Shown here: piece by piece, positions 55,814-64,000 of the stretch
How the letters are laid out: each line of letters begins with the position of its first letter
How positions within the stretch are numbered: position 1 is the first letter of the stretch
Source of the DNA: Candidatus Woesearchaeota archaeon
Lineage (GTDB): Archaea > Nanobdellota > Nanobdellia > SCGC-AAA011-G17 > ARS1403
Length of the DNA: 64,000 bases
Direction of reading: 5' to 3'
Assembly (NCBI GenBank): GCA_016188065.1
Contig: JACPIN010000021.1
Span: 1,954-65,953 of the forward strand
Notes under the pieces: model-generated
The model's database searches: none
What the model saw: only the letters and a program-made list of their open reading frames with translations
What the model was told of the DNA's origin: nothing
Translations under genes and position numbers: made by a program

Positions 55814-56461
55814 TTATTCTTTTTCGATTGTTACTTTCTTTATTGCAGGCATTAAACCCACTATTTTTTCTTTTATGATGTCTTGGAGTTCTTTTGGAAT
55901 GTTCATGCTTGCTGAGATAACTGCCTCATCCTGCTTTATTTCTGCCTTGAATTCCTTGAGGTAGAATGAGAGAAGAGAATCAAGCTTTTCCTTTTCATCT
56001 GTCACTTTCTTTATTATTTTTACTTTGTAGATTACTGCTTTTCCTGCCAATGGATGATTGAAATCTACAATTACTCTTCCAGGGGTTACTGTTCTTACTG
56101 TCCCCATAATTCCGTCAAGATTTATCTGCAGTCCCGGATATGGAGTGATATTCTGCTTCCTAAAAGAGGACTGCGAAACCAACTGAAGAAGCTTCGGATT
56201 TTTTTTGCCGAATGCATTTTCCGGCTGCAGTGTGATTTTATATTCTTTTAACTGCTTTCCTTTCAATGACTCATCAAGGCCTTTTAGGATTTGATTTTCA
56301 CCGATGCAGATTGTAACTGGCTTGTATTTCTGATTTTTATTATAGATATTTGCCGACTTTGCTGTTTTCTCATCGGTCGTGTCGAATGTTTGATTTGTGC
56401 CTTCTATTATTGCTGTGTATTCTATCTCTATGAAATCGTGTTCCTTTATTTCTTCACTCAT
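55814..56461 (-). CDS. FKBP-type peptidyl-prolyl cis-trans isomerase
   Basis: 'DFIEIEYTA...FDTT', 'VDFNHPLAGK'; internal ATG 'MSEEIKEH' preferred as the start. Confidence 0.72.
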   Translation of the reverse strand: MSEEIKEHDFIEIEYTAIIEGTNQTFDTTDEKTAKSANIYNKNQKYKPVTICIGENQILKGLDESLKGKQLKEYKITLQPENAFGKKNPKLLQLVSQSSFRKQNITPYPGLQINLDGIMGTVRTVTPGRVIVDFNHPLAGKAVIYKVKIIKKVTDEKEKLDSLLSFYLKEFKAEIKQDEAVISASMNIPKELQDIIKEKIVGLMPAIKKVTIEKE

Positions 56462-56562
56462 GCCATAAAAATTTGTAGGAAAGGTTTTTATAACTTGCCA
56501 TGCCTGCTTCAAAACCAAATAGTTTATAAACAAATTAGACAAATTTTATTTTTAGAGGAATA

Positions 56563-56955
56563 ATGACGGAAATTAAACAAGTCCAGATTACCAGCTTGAA
56601 ACCTGGAAGATACGTTGTTATCGACGGGATTGCCTGCAGGGTAAACAAGATGGATATTTCTAAGCCCGGGAAACACGGGCATGCAAAATGCAGAGTAGAA
56701 GCTGTCGGGCTCATAAGAGGAGAGAAGAAAGTTATTGTCTTGCCAGGGCATGATAAAATTGACAGCCCTGTTATCGAGAAGAAAAGCGCCCAAGTTCTGT
56801 CTGTTCATGGAGATATTGCAAATGTAATGGATGAGGAAAATTTTGAGACATTTGACTTGAAGATTCCTGAAGAATTGGAAGGGAAGATTGAAAGCGGAGC
56901 AAAAATCCTTTATTGGATGGTTTTAGATGAGAGGGTTTTGAAGGAGATTAAATAA
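56563..56955 (+). CDS. eif5a: translation initiation factor 5A (aIF5A)
   Basis: 'SKPGKHGHAKCRVEAVG' hypusine loop. Confidence 0.92.
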   Translation: MTEIKQVQITSLKPGRYVVIDGIACRVNKMDISKPGKHGHAKCRVEAVGLIRGEKKVIVLPGHDKIDSPVIEKKSAQVLSVHGDIANVMDEENFETFDLKIPEELEGKIESGAKILYWMVLDERVLKEIK

Positions 56956-56956
56956 A

Positions 56957-57121
56957 ATGGTTAGGTTTCCAGAAGCAACTGCGAGATTATTTCATGGTGT
57001 TTTTGTATGCAAGAGGTGCAAAACTAAAAGAAAAGGGGATATGAGGAGCGTCATGCTGAAGAAGATTAGCTGCAGGAGGTGCGGCGGGAAAAGTTTTAGA
57101 ATGGTAAAGAGCAAGAGGTGA
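56957..57121 (+). CDS. rpl40e: 50S ribosomal protein L40e (54 aa; not in the ORF track)
   Basis: Translates to 'MVRFPEATARLFHGVFVCKRCKTKRKGDMRSVMLKKISCRRCGGKSFRMVKSKR'. Confidence 0.85.
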   Translation: MVRFPEATARLFHGVFVCKRCKTKRKGDMRSVMLKKISCRRCGGKSFRMVKSKR

Positions 57122-57145
57122 TAAATTATAGTCAATTATGATTTG

Positions 57146-58330
57146 ATGCTGCTGTTCGGGTTTGGATTAGTTCTCCTTGGTATTATGCTGTTTAACAAAA
57201 AGAGCGTCAAAATTGAAAAAATTCTATTTCCATTTGTTTACATGATCTTGTACAGGACTAAAATTGGCCTTCTTTTAATGGACAAGATTGCAAAGAAACA
57301 CTCTAAACTTGTAAGTGCCTTTGCTTATTTCAGCATTGCTGCAGGATTTGCCGGAATGGCAACTATTTTAATATTACTTGTTAATGGGACATATAACTTT
57401 TTATTTGCCGGCGCCCCTCCTCCGGTTGCTCCGCTTTTTCCAGGCGTGAGAACGGTTCCTGGCCTGCCAGAGCTTAGTTTTTTTCATTGGATAATTGCGA
57501 TATTTATTCTTGCAGGTGTGCACGAGTTCAGCCACGGCTTGATTGCAAGGCTGCATGATATAAAAGTAAAGTCAAGCGGATTTGCCGTGTTTTCGTTTTT
57601 ACTTCCCGTGATTCCTGCTGCGTTTGTTGAGCCTGATGAAAAAGAGCTTGCGAGCAAGAAAAGCAGAGAGCAGCTTGGTGTTCTTGGCGCTGGAAGCGCT
57701 TCTAATTTGATTACTGCCGGTGTTTTTTTCATGCTGTTTATCCTTGTAATGGCACCAATAGTGTCGTCGATAACTATAAGCGAAGGGGTAGTTATAAGGG
57801 GCATTAATGAAGGAAGCCCTGCATCTAATGCCGGGATTGGCACTGATGAGAAGATACTATCAATTAATAATGTAGATGTGAGAAACATCGAGGACTTTAT
57901 CGAATTTTTATCTGGAATTAAACCCGGGGATACTTTACAACTTGAGACTGACAAGAGAGTGTATAATCTTGAAGCCGGGGAGAATAATGGAAAAGGATAT
58001 CTTGGATTGAGTTTCAGCCCTGAGAGACAATACATCGATAATAAATCTGGCTTCTTTGGAAAATTTATTTCCTGGACAGCTTTGTTGTTCTTCTGGATCT
58101 TTGCTGCCAATCTTGGTGTTGGATTATTTAACCTGCTGCCAATGGGGCCTCTTGACGGAGGGAAAATGTTCTACCTTCTTTGCTTGAAAGTGTTTAAAAA
58201 AGAAAACATAGCAAAAAAGATATGGATCTCTGCCAGCTTATTTTGCCTGATGCTTATTGTTATCTCACTTGCTCCATTTTTTGGCAAATTAGCCAGCTTT
58301 GTATTTGGCATTTTTACAGGGCTGTTTTAA
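57146..58330 (+). CDS. site-2 protease (M50) with a PDZ domain
   Basis: 'HEFSHGL' HExxH, PDZ 'GSPASNAGI', 'NLLPMGPLDGG'. Confidence 0.82.
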   Translation: MLLFGFGLVLLGIMLFNKKSVKIEKILFPFVYMILYRTKIGLLLMDKIAKKHSKLVSAFAYFSIAAGFAGMATILILLVNGTYNFLFAGAPPPVAPLFPGVRTVPGLPELSFFHWIIAIFILAGVHEFSHGLIARLHDIKVKSSGFAVFSFLLPVIPAAFVEPDEKELASKKSREQLGVLGAGSASNLITAGVFFMLFILVMAPIVSSITISEGVVIRGINEGSPASNAGIGTDEKILSINNVDVRNIEDFIEFLSGIKPGDTLQLETDKRVYNLEAGENNGKGYLGLSFSPERQYIDNKSGFFGKFISWTALLFFWIFAANLGVGLFNLLPMGPLDGGKMFYLLCLKVFKKENIAKKIWISASLFCLMLIVISLAPFFGKLASFVFGIFTGLF

Positions 58331-58458
58331 TCTTCCTCTTCGCCAAAATATCCCTTTAGAAACCCTGCCTCTCCAGCATCAATCTCTTCATCATCTAACG
58401 CCTGCTCAATCTCTTCTTCTTCCGACAATTCTTCCTCAAGGAAATCGTCACCTTCCAT
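58327..58458 (-). CDS. acidic micro-protein, 43 aa; not in the ORF track
   Basis: Translates to 'MEGDDFLEEELSEEEEIEQALDDEEIDAGEAGFLKGYFGEEED'; GAGGTGAT SD 7 nt upstream; paralog at 60899..61000. Confidence 0.5.
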   Translation of the reverse strand: MEGDDFLEEELSEEEEIEQALDDEEIDAGEAGFLKGYFGEEED

Positions 58459-58527
58459 TAAATATCACCTCTGAAATTTTGTTGCAGTGGTTAAGTATAT
58501 ATAGCTATAGGATATACTGTATATCCT

Positions 58528-59493
58528 ATGGAGCAAAGGAGGCTGATAAGATTCGGGAGCAACTCTCATGTGCTTTCTATGCCGAGCTATTGGCTCAAAA
58601 AAAACAAACTAGTTAAGGGAGATTTTTTGTATGTGCGTGAAGGCATCAACGGCGACCTTGTTATTTCAAATGATTTAAAAATAAAAAAACACCTCAAGAG
58701 CATAATTATTTCTGCCGATGATAAGCAAATTGAGAGGGTTAGCAGGGAGATTCTTGCAGCATACATTAATAATTATGACACGATAAAAATCATCGGAAAA
58801 AATCTCAACAAGATTATGAGCGAGATCAGAAGAATTTTACACAGCTTTGTCGCCTTGGAGATTATCGAGGAGGATGATAAGAAAATTGTTGCAAAAGATT
58901 TCTTGAACATGGGGGATGTTTCTGTTTCAGAAAATATTAGGAGAATGGACATCATAATAAGAGGGATGATGGGCGACATGAGAAAGTGCGTCTATGAAAA
59001 CTGCTCGGATTCTGTCTACCAGAGGGATTTTGACGTCAACAGATTCAGCTTTCTTTTGATGAGGGCAGTCAACGGCGCTATTGAAGACCCTAATATTGCA
59101 AAGCTGCTGAATGTGAAAAGCAGCGAGCTGATGCTGATAAGGATTCTCAGCGTTAATTTAGAGGACATTGGCGATGAGGTAAAAAGGGTTTCCAGATTTT
59201 TGGGCTCTCACGATCTTGATGATAAATTAAAAAAATCCCTGATGCTACTCTTGTCCGATGTAGAAAACGCTTACCTTAATGTGATGAAGGCCTATTATAC
59301 AAAAGATGTTGAACTGGCATTTGAAGTCGACTTCTGGAAGGATGGATTTGTGGAGAGATGCAACAAGCTTTATGATAAGTATCCTGTAAGCGGGTTTGCA
59401 AGAATACTAGAAAGGCTGAAAAAGATGAGTTCTGGAATCAGCAATTTAGCATGGGTGATATACAGCTCAGGATTTGAAAATGAGAAAAAATAA
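58528..59493 (+). CDS. AbrB/SpoVT-domain plus PhoU-domain regulator (phosphate uptake regulator-like)
   Basis: 'RLIRFGSNSHVLSMPSYWLKKNKLVKGDFLYV', then two PhoU-like helical repeats. Confidence 0.72.
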   Translation: MEQRRLIRFGSNSHVLSMPSYWLKKNKLVKGDFLYVREGINGDLVISNDLKIKKHLKSIIISADDKQIERVSREILAAYINNYDTIKIIGKNLNKIMSEIRRILHSFVALEIIEEDDKKIVAKDFLNMGDVSVSENIRRMDIIIRGMMGDMRKCVYENCSDSVYQRDFDVNRFSFLLMRAVNGAIEDPNIAKLLNVKSSELMLIRILSVNLEDIGDEVKRVSRFLGSHDLDDKLKKSLMLLLSDVENAYLNVMKAYYTKDVELAFEVDFWKDGFVERCNKLYDKYPVSGFARILERLKKMSSGISNLAWVIYSSGFENEKK

Positions 59494-59513
59494 TTTAGAT
59501 TTGAGATGGAAAG

Positions 59514-59885
59514 ATGCTTAACGAGATAGTAGCCATTGCTAGCGGATATACTCTGTTAAAGTATTTAGCCAGCAGAACTTTTCATTACCATATGGATAAG
59601 AGCCATTTTGCATACGAAGAAGGAGTGATTGATAAAGATTTGAGAAAACTTAGGGAGATTCATTCAATAAAGGATGAAATAAATTTACATAGGAAAATTG
59701 TCATGGACGGCGATTTAGAGCGCAGGCTTTTTGCCTTCTCTGGATACATTAAGGATAGATACATTGATCTAAATCCGATTTCTGACCTTAAGCATATTTC
59801 TGATGATGTCAGAGAAAGATATAATATAAAACTAAGCGTTTTAAGAGCACTTTATAACACAAATGATGCATTTAAATCTCAATAA
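59514..59885 (+). CDS. hypothetical protein
   Basis: ORF only. Confidence 0.45.
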   Translation: MLNEIVAIASGYTLLKYLASRTFHYHMDKSHFAYEEGVIDKDLRKLREIHSIKDEINLHRKIVMDGDLERRLFAFSGYIKDRYIDLNPISDLKHISDDVRERYNIKLSVLRALYNTNDAFKSQ

Positions 59886-60465
59886 CTTTCCCCTTATTTC
59901 CCGGGTTGATGATCACTGTTGATTTTATTTTGTCTACTTTGCTTTCGTTTTCATGCAGATGACCACAAATGCTCAGCACAGGCTTAAGCTCAGCAATAAA
60001 TTTTCTAATTGATTTGTTTCCTGCATGACCTGATGGAAGTTTGTCGAGTTTTGTCTTATAAGGAGGCTGATGTGTGATTATAATCAGCATTTTATTTTTT
60101 GCAAGAGCTTTTATTTTTGGCATTAACTTTTCCATCTCAAGGCTTTCTTTACCAAAACCCCCAAGACCGTAGCCAAAAAATAAGTAATCATTAAACTGGT
60201 ATATTTTTCTGTGGATGTTAATTGCGAATTTTGTTTTTTTGCATGCTTCTGTTAATTGTGGACTAGTTTCATGATTTCCTGGAATTATCAGCAAAGGAAG
60301 ATTTGTTTTTTCGAACATGTTCAACAGCTTTTTCAAAGCCCTTCCAAAATTTGTCAAATCTCCAGCGCAGATTACTATATCTGGTTTTGAATTTTGAATT
60401 TTTTTTATCAAAGAAGAGATTATTTTTTTATTTCCGTGAGTGTCTGTGAATGCGAAGAGCCTCAT
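59872..60465 (-). CDS. metallophosphoesterase (calcineurin-like)
   Basis: 'FAFTDTHG', 'CAGDLTNFG', 'IPGNHE', 'CGHLHE'. Confidence 0.78.
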   Translation of the reverse strand: MRLFAFTDTHGNKKIISSLIKKIQNSKPDIVICAGDLTNFGRALKKLLNMFEKTNLPLLIIPGNHETSPQLTEACKKTKFAINIHRKIYQFNDYLFFGYGLGGFGKESLEMEKLMPKIKALAKNKMLIIITHQPPYKTKLDKLPSGHAGNKSIRKFIAELKPVLSICGHLHENESKVDKIKSTVIINPGNKGKVIEI

Positions 60466-60488
60466 AAAATAAAAAAAGAATTTTTGGT

Positions 60489-60767
60489 TTATAAGCTTTC
60501 GGCTGGATACAATAAAGAGCAAATTTTTTCGTGTATGGTTAAATACTTCTCTTGAAAGTCCTTAGAAACTCTGCTAAACAGCTGGCTTGGGCAAGCCTTA
60601 TTTGGCGCATATTTTTGTTTCATAATATTTAAAATGGTCTCTTGTCCGGGGGTTCTTTGCCCGGTAGGTACTGGTACAATCCCAACTAACTGCTCAAGAT
60701 CCCTATTAAACTCTTTATCTAGAAGATTTCTAAATAAATTATCGTAATAACCTTGAAGATTTACCAT
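60489..60767 (-). CDS. hypothetical protein
   Basis: ORF only. Confidence 0.4.
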   Translation of the reverse strand: MVNLQGYYDNLFRNLLDKEFNRDLEQLVGIVPVPTGQRTPGQETILNIMKQKYAPNKACPSQLFSRVSKDFQEKYLTIHEKICSLLYPAESL

Positions 60768-60898
60768 ATTTGTATTATGGGCTTATCCTTTTTAAAGTTT
60801 ATTGTGATAGAGACTTATTTTCAAGACTTTCTTCGATTATTATACCTATAAGACTATTTGCCATTTTGATTATTCTTTATCTAATTTTATAGCCTTAT

Positions 60899-61000
60899 CT
60901 AATTCTCATCTAAGTAGCCGAGCATGAATCCTGCATCTCCTGCTTCTATATCGTCATTATCCAAAGCTTTTTCTATATATTTTTTTGAGTAGATGTTCAT
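60899..61000 (-). CDS. acidic micro-protein, 33 aa, paralog of 58327..58458
   Basis: Translates to 'MNIYSKKYIEKALDNDDIEAGDAGFMLGYLDEN'; GGAGGT SD upstream. Confidence 0.45.
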   Translation of the reverse strand: MNIYSKKYIEKALDNDDIEAGDAGFMLGYLDEN

Positions 61001-61002
61001 TT

Positions 61003-61113
61003 TTAACCTCCGCAATATATGCATTTTTTCTTTGATATCTGCGCCATTTTTGTTGGAAGCTTCATCAACTGCCTGCTCAGCAGGTCTCCGATTGTCCGAG
61101 GGTCTAGAGCCAT
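61003..61113 (-). CDS. micro-ORF, 36 aa
   Basis: Translates to 'MALDPRTIGDLLSRQLMKLPTKMAQISKKKCIYCGG'; GGAGGTGA SD upstream. Confidence 0.4.
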   Translation of the reverse strand: MALDPRTIGDLLSRQLMKLPTKMAQISKKKCIYCGG

Positions 61114-61247
61114 TTTTTCACCTCCTTTTTCCAATAATTCTCTACAGATTTTTGCGTTGTTGAAGAAATAAAATCGAGAAGCTGCGCTTCCCGATCTCTG
61201 GCGGCATATTCATGCCATGTTAGATATGTTCTTTTTAACCATCTCAT
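61104..61247 (-). CDS. micro-ORF, 47 aa
   Basis: Translates to 'MRWLKRTYLTWHEYAARDREAQLLDFISSTTQKSVENYWKKEVKKWL'; GGAGGTG SD upstream; overlaps the next ORF. Confidence 0.4.
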   Translation of the reverse strand: MRWLKRTYLTWHEYAARDREAQLLDFISSTTQKSVENYWKKEVKKWL

Positions 61248-61373
61248 TTTGGCACCTCCCTGGCTTATATTCTTTAGAAGCATCTCTTGTTTATATCTGG
61301 TGCGAGGGTATGTGGCAGATATGTCAGTTGAATGGAAAATATATATTGGAAAATATACTTTAAAAATTAATAA

Positions 61374-62738
61374 TTATTGCGGTATTTTACTTCTAAGGCA
61401 ATTATTAACAAAATCACTTAACTCAGAATTATTCCTGCCAATGTGGCTTATTATCTTATTGATAGCATCTGCATATATTTGAAACACTCTTGATTCGGAT
61501 AATGTTCTGCCCAGAATTCCCGAATGACCTATCTGTTTAATAGTCATGTTTTGAAAACAATATGCCCTAAACACTTTTCTTTCATCTCCGCTGAGCTTTC
61601 TAACTGCTTCCACAATCTTTTCTGACCTTTCTTTATAATATAGATTATCTATTGGTGTTAATGATCTGTAGTCATCCACAGCATTAATAACTTCTATACT
61701 ATCTCCTAAAGTTAAGGGCTTGTCATCTCTATCATTAAGCAATATGGAATCTAATGATATTTCTTGTATGAATGCGAGGGAGGATATCTGCCTTAATTCT
61801 GGTTGGGAGATTCCGAAAATTTCAGCTGCTTCTGATTCATCTTTCGTTTTGTTATATTGTGTAAGTTTATGCCTTTCTTCTCTGCTTAAGATATCAAAGT
61901 TTCTTAACTCATCAAAAATTGCGCCTATGATTCTTGGAGCTGTCCATGATGTTACTCTCACACCAATTGAAGGATCAAATTTCCCCAGTGCTTCTATAAA
62001 TCCGGTTATGCCTGCCATGTAATAATCATTTTTCTCTAAGATCTTGTTTTCCATGGGAACTTTTTTAAGAATATCAGTTAGTAATTTCCAGATAAATCCT
62101 TTATATTTTGGAATTATGACATTAAGCAGAGAAGGGTCTTTTGTAGTTGTGTAAATTTGGATAATCTTGTTAAATGCCGGATTGTCTTCAGGATATTCGT
62201 CTACTTTTTTTGTTTCGCTATATCTTTTTTTTAGTTCTGAAAGATTTGAATATGCTCTGACAAGGTTTTCCAGATATGTATCGAGTATGTTTTTTTTTGA
62301 TTCTTTATGTATGGAATTAAATGCGCTTGTAAAAACATCTTTAGAATTTGAATATTGCTGTCTTGTAATAAATGCTATTTCTTCAACTAAAGACTCTTCG
62401 CCATTTTTAAGTTGTTTGGTATGATTCGAATTTAGAGCGTATTCTAATTTCCTTTTTTCGGACTGGAAAAAACTTTGTGCAATTCTATCTATTCTTTCAA
62501 AGTCAAATCCATATGCCATCATTGGAATATAATTAGTAAAATAAGCCAGCTGATCGCCATTCAGGCTGCTTAGAAGAATTCTTTCAGTTGGAGTTATAAA
62601 ATCTGGATATATTTTCCATGCCGAGAATGCAGTTAAAAAATCTGGAGAATTATCGAAATGTATTAGAACTTTATTATCAAGTGTTGCCAAACATTTTTTT
62701 ATCTTATCTAAAGATACCCCATTATTTTCTCTTGACAT
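61374..62738 (-). CDS. sigma-70 family (FliA/sigma-28-like) protein with an ~230-aa N-terminal extension
   Basis: Region 2 'GFIEALGKFDPSIGVRVTSWTAPRIIGAIFDELRNFD', region 3 'AAEIFGISQPELRQI', region 4 'LSGDERKVFRAYCFQNMTIKQIG...LSESRVFQIYADAINKI'. Confidence 0.7.
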   Translation of the reverse strand: MSRENNGVSLDKIKKCLATLDNKVLIHFDNSPDFLTAFSAWKIYPDFITPTERILLSSLNGDQLAYFTNYIPMMAYGFDFERIDRIAQSFFQSEKRKLEYALNSNHTKQLKNGEESLVEEIAFITRQQYSNSKDVFTSAFNSIHKESKKNILDTYLENLVRAYSNLSELKKRYSETKKVDEYPEDNPAFNKIIQIYTTTKDPSLLNVIIPKYKGFIWKLLTDILKKVPMENKILEKNDYYMAGITGFIEALGKFDPSIGVRVTSWTAPRIIGAIFDELRNFDILSREERHKLTQYNKTKDESEAAEIFGISQPELRQISSLAFIQEISLDSILLNDRDDKPLTLGDSIEVINAVDDYRSLTPIDNLYYKERSEKIVEAVRKLSGDERKVFRAYCFQNMTIKQIGHSGILGRTLSESRVFQIYADAINKIISHIGRNNSELSDFVNNCLRSKIPQ

Positions 62739-62795
62739 CCTTATACGGAATTGGAACGATTTCTTTAAAAGCTTTGTTGATTTCTCTTACTTTAA

Positions 62796-63872
62796 ATGAC
62801 AGTGGATTATAAATCAAAACCTATAATGAAGCTTGAAGAGGTTATGGAAAATCAAGCTGATTTGTTGGAGCATAGTGTATATGAAATGATTAAAAGCGTT
62901 TATGAAGATCCTGATTTACACGCCAAAGCTAAATTTGAAGAAATAAGATCCGGAATTAAGAAATCACTTTCTTCTTTAGTTGCATTGAATGTGCGCCCGC
63001 GTTTTTATGCAGCATTGTACGGGATAATGGCTCCTTATTATAGTGAGGAACAGCGAGAAAGGATATGGGAATTTTTTAGTAGAGTTGCATCTAATGAACT
63101 AACTTATATTGTTAATGCGGATAAGGTCTTTGCAGAATTGCCTGATAAGAAATTAGAGGATAATTTAGTAAGGGCTGCTGGGAAAGAAAATCAAAAAGCA
63201 CTTCTGCCAAAGAATGACTTGAATCCTGAAGATAAGCCTGGGGATTCTTTAGAATGGAAAATAGCAGCTGCTGATATTTACAAAGCAGTTATTAGACCTG
63301 AATATCTTGATAAAAATGGAAAAATATTACCTTCTAAATATGTAATTTTAAACAATGTTAGTATATCTTTGAGAGGTGATTTATTAAGAAAAGTTGACGG
63401 TTCAAAGGGGTATTATGTTGATGAGAAGAACATACAGAAAGTTGTTGATTATTTGTGCAAAACAAAACCAGATTTAACTCGTCGACCAGCTGAATTACCA
63501 ACTGCTAAAACTATTTCTGAAAAACCGATTCCTAAAAAGACATCTAGTAGAAGAGAAGAATTTAAATCTGATTCTAGAAATATCATCAATTATCAAGTAG
63601 CGAGGAAGAATGCCAATACTTCAAAAAGAAATACTGTAACTTCTGGAGCATCTTCCGGAGATTTGTGGGGATTTGCAGTGATTGAGAAAGCAATATTAGC
63701 GGAGATGCCAAATCTTATGAAACAAGAAATTAAAATCGCTAGAGATGATATAGAAGAGATCTTGGGGAGATCAGCTATTGGCGAAGTTGATGATGATAAA
63801 GTCAAATGGTCATATAAATCAGCAATAGAGCCAAATTGGTATAGGATACTTGAATTATTTTCAAATAAATAA
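62796..63872 (+). CDS. hypothetical protein, divergent from the sigma-like gene
   Basis: ORF only, 358 aa. Confidence 0.5.
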   Translation: MTVDYKSKPIMKLEEVMENQADLLEHSVYEMIKSVYEDPDLHAKAKFEEIRSGIKKSLSSLVALNVRPRFYAALYGIMAPYYSEEQRERIWEFFSRVASNELTYIVNADKVFAELPDKKLEDNLVRAAGKENQKALLPKNDLNPEDKPGDSLEWKIAAADIYKAVIRPEYLDKNGKILPSKYVILNNVSISLRGDLLRKVDGSKGYYVDEKNIQKVVDYLCKTKPDLTRRPAELPTAKTISEKPIPKKTSSRREEFKSDSRNIINYQVARKNANTSKRNTVTSGASSGDLWGFAVIEKAILAEMPNLMKQEIKIARDDIEEILGRSAIGEVDDDKVKWSYKSAIEPNWYRILELFSNK

Positions 63873-64000
63873 GTTTAGAAAAACCTTCTATTATGCAATA
63901 ATTTTCTTTTCAATTTTTTCTTTTTTAAAATCAGTATTTATTATTTTGTCAAATAGCTCAATGAGTATAATAACATAGTAGTTGCTTATATTGAGTTTGT

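Noticed and set aside
58299-58616. 105-aa plus-strand ORF bridging the S2P end and the PhoU-like start
   Set aside because: It overlaps the real AbrB-PhoU start and is Leu/Pro/Gln-rich. The opposite strand carries an SD-preceded acidic micro-ORF that has a paralog elsewhere.
61249-61482. 77-aa plus-strand ORF overlapping the 3' end of the sigma-like gene
   Set aside because: It has no RBS and is convergent with, and overlapping, a better-supported gene. The minus strand in this region carries SD-led micro-ORFs.
1-64000. CRISPR arrays, rRNA operons, transposases and integrases
   Set aside because: Scanning intergenic regions showed no regularly spaced direct repeats, no rRNA-like conserved stretches and no recognisable integrase or transposase motifs. 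The islets described above lack their own recombinase within the window.

Overview
This is an AT-rich archaeal chromosome segment. Its gene content fits a small-genome, DPANN-like archaeon. Housekeeping genes I recognise are PCNA, TFB, TFS, MBF1, RNAP subunits Rpo11/L and RpoP, Spt5/NusG, SecE, aIF5A, r-proteins S8e, S17e, L11, L37e, L37Ae and L40e, Alba, LSm, FtsZ with SepF, RNase Z, tRNA-splicing endonuclease, GlyRS, Dph2, prefoldin beta, a site-2 protease and a Kef-type antiporter. Many genes have strong GGAGGTGA-type Shine-Dalgarno sites and ATGA start/stop overlaps. I found four tRNA genes by hand: Leu-UAG with a canonical 37/38 intron, Met/Ile2-CAU, Ala-GGC, and Pro-UGG with a non-canonical T-arm intron. 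Several real genes shorter than 60 aa are missing from the ORF track: L37e, L40e, two RHH-like genes, two paralogous acidic micro-proteins and others. The main accessory feature is a co-directional cluster of about 18.5 kb (6.3-24.8 kb). It holds six proteins with archaeal class III (prepilin-like, 'KRGQ') N-termini, three very large cysteine-rich secreted proteins and a multi-TM protein. One large protein carries an SH3b-like module, one has about eight Ig-like repeats, and one ends in a lytic-transglycosylase (SLT/GH23) domain. Two sub-modules in the cluster are each led by a tiny RHH-like gene, and a DUF234-type ATPase is embedded in it. No pilus assembly ATPase, platform protein or prepilin peptidase is visible in the window. 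I read the cluster as a candidate uncharacterised surface, pilus-like or cell-wall-attacking apparatus. Other notable items: (1) a FliA-like bacterial sigma-70-family protein inside this archaeal context, followed by stacked micro-ORFs; (2) an ~80-nt near-identical structured element found in inverted copies upstream of rps8e and secE; (3) two islet signatures, a tRNA-Leu 3'-end duplicate flanking an aspartyl-protease module and a 32-nt direct repeat flanking a toxin-antitoxin cassette; (4) a free-standing LAGLIDADG endonuclease abutting the intron-containing tRNA-Pro; (5) a dockerin-like plus M64-like metalloprotease giant protein. No CRISPR array and no rRNA gene were seen. All functional calls rest on motif recognition by eye, not database searches.
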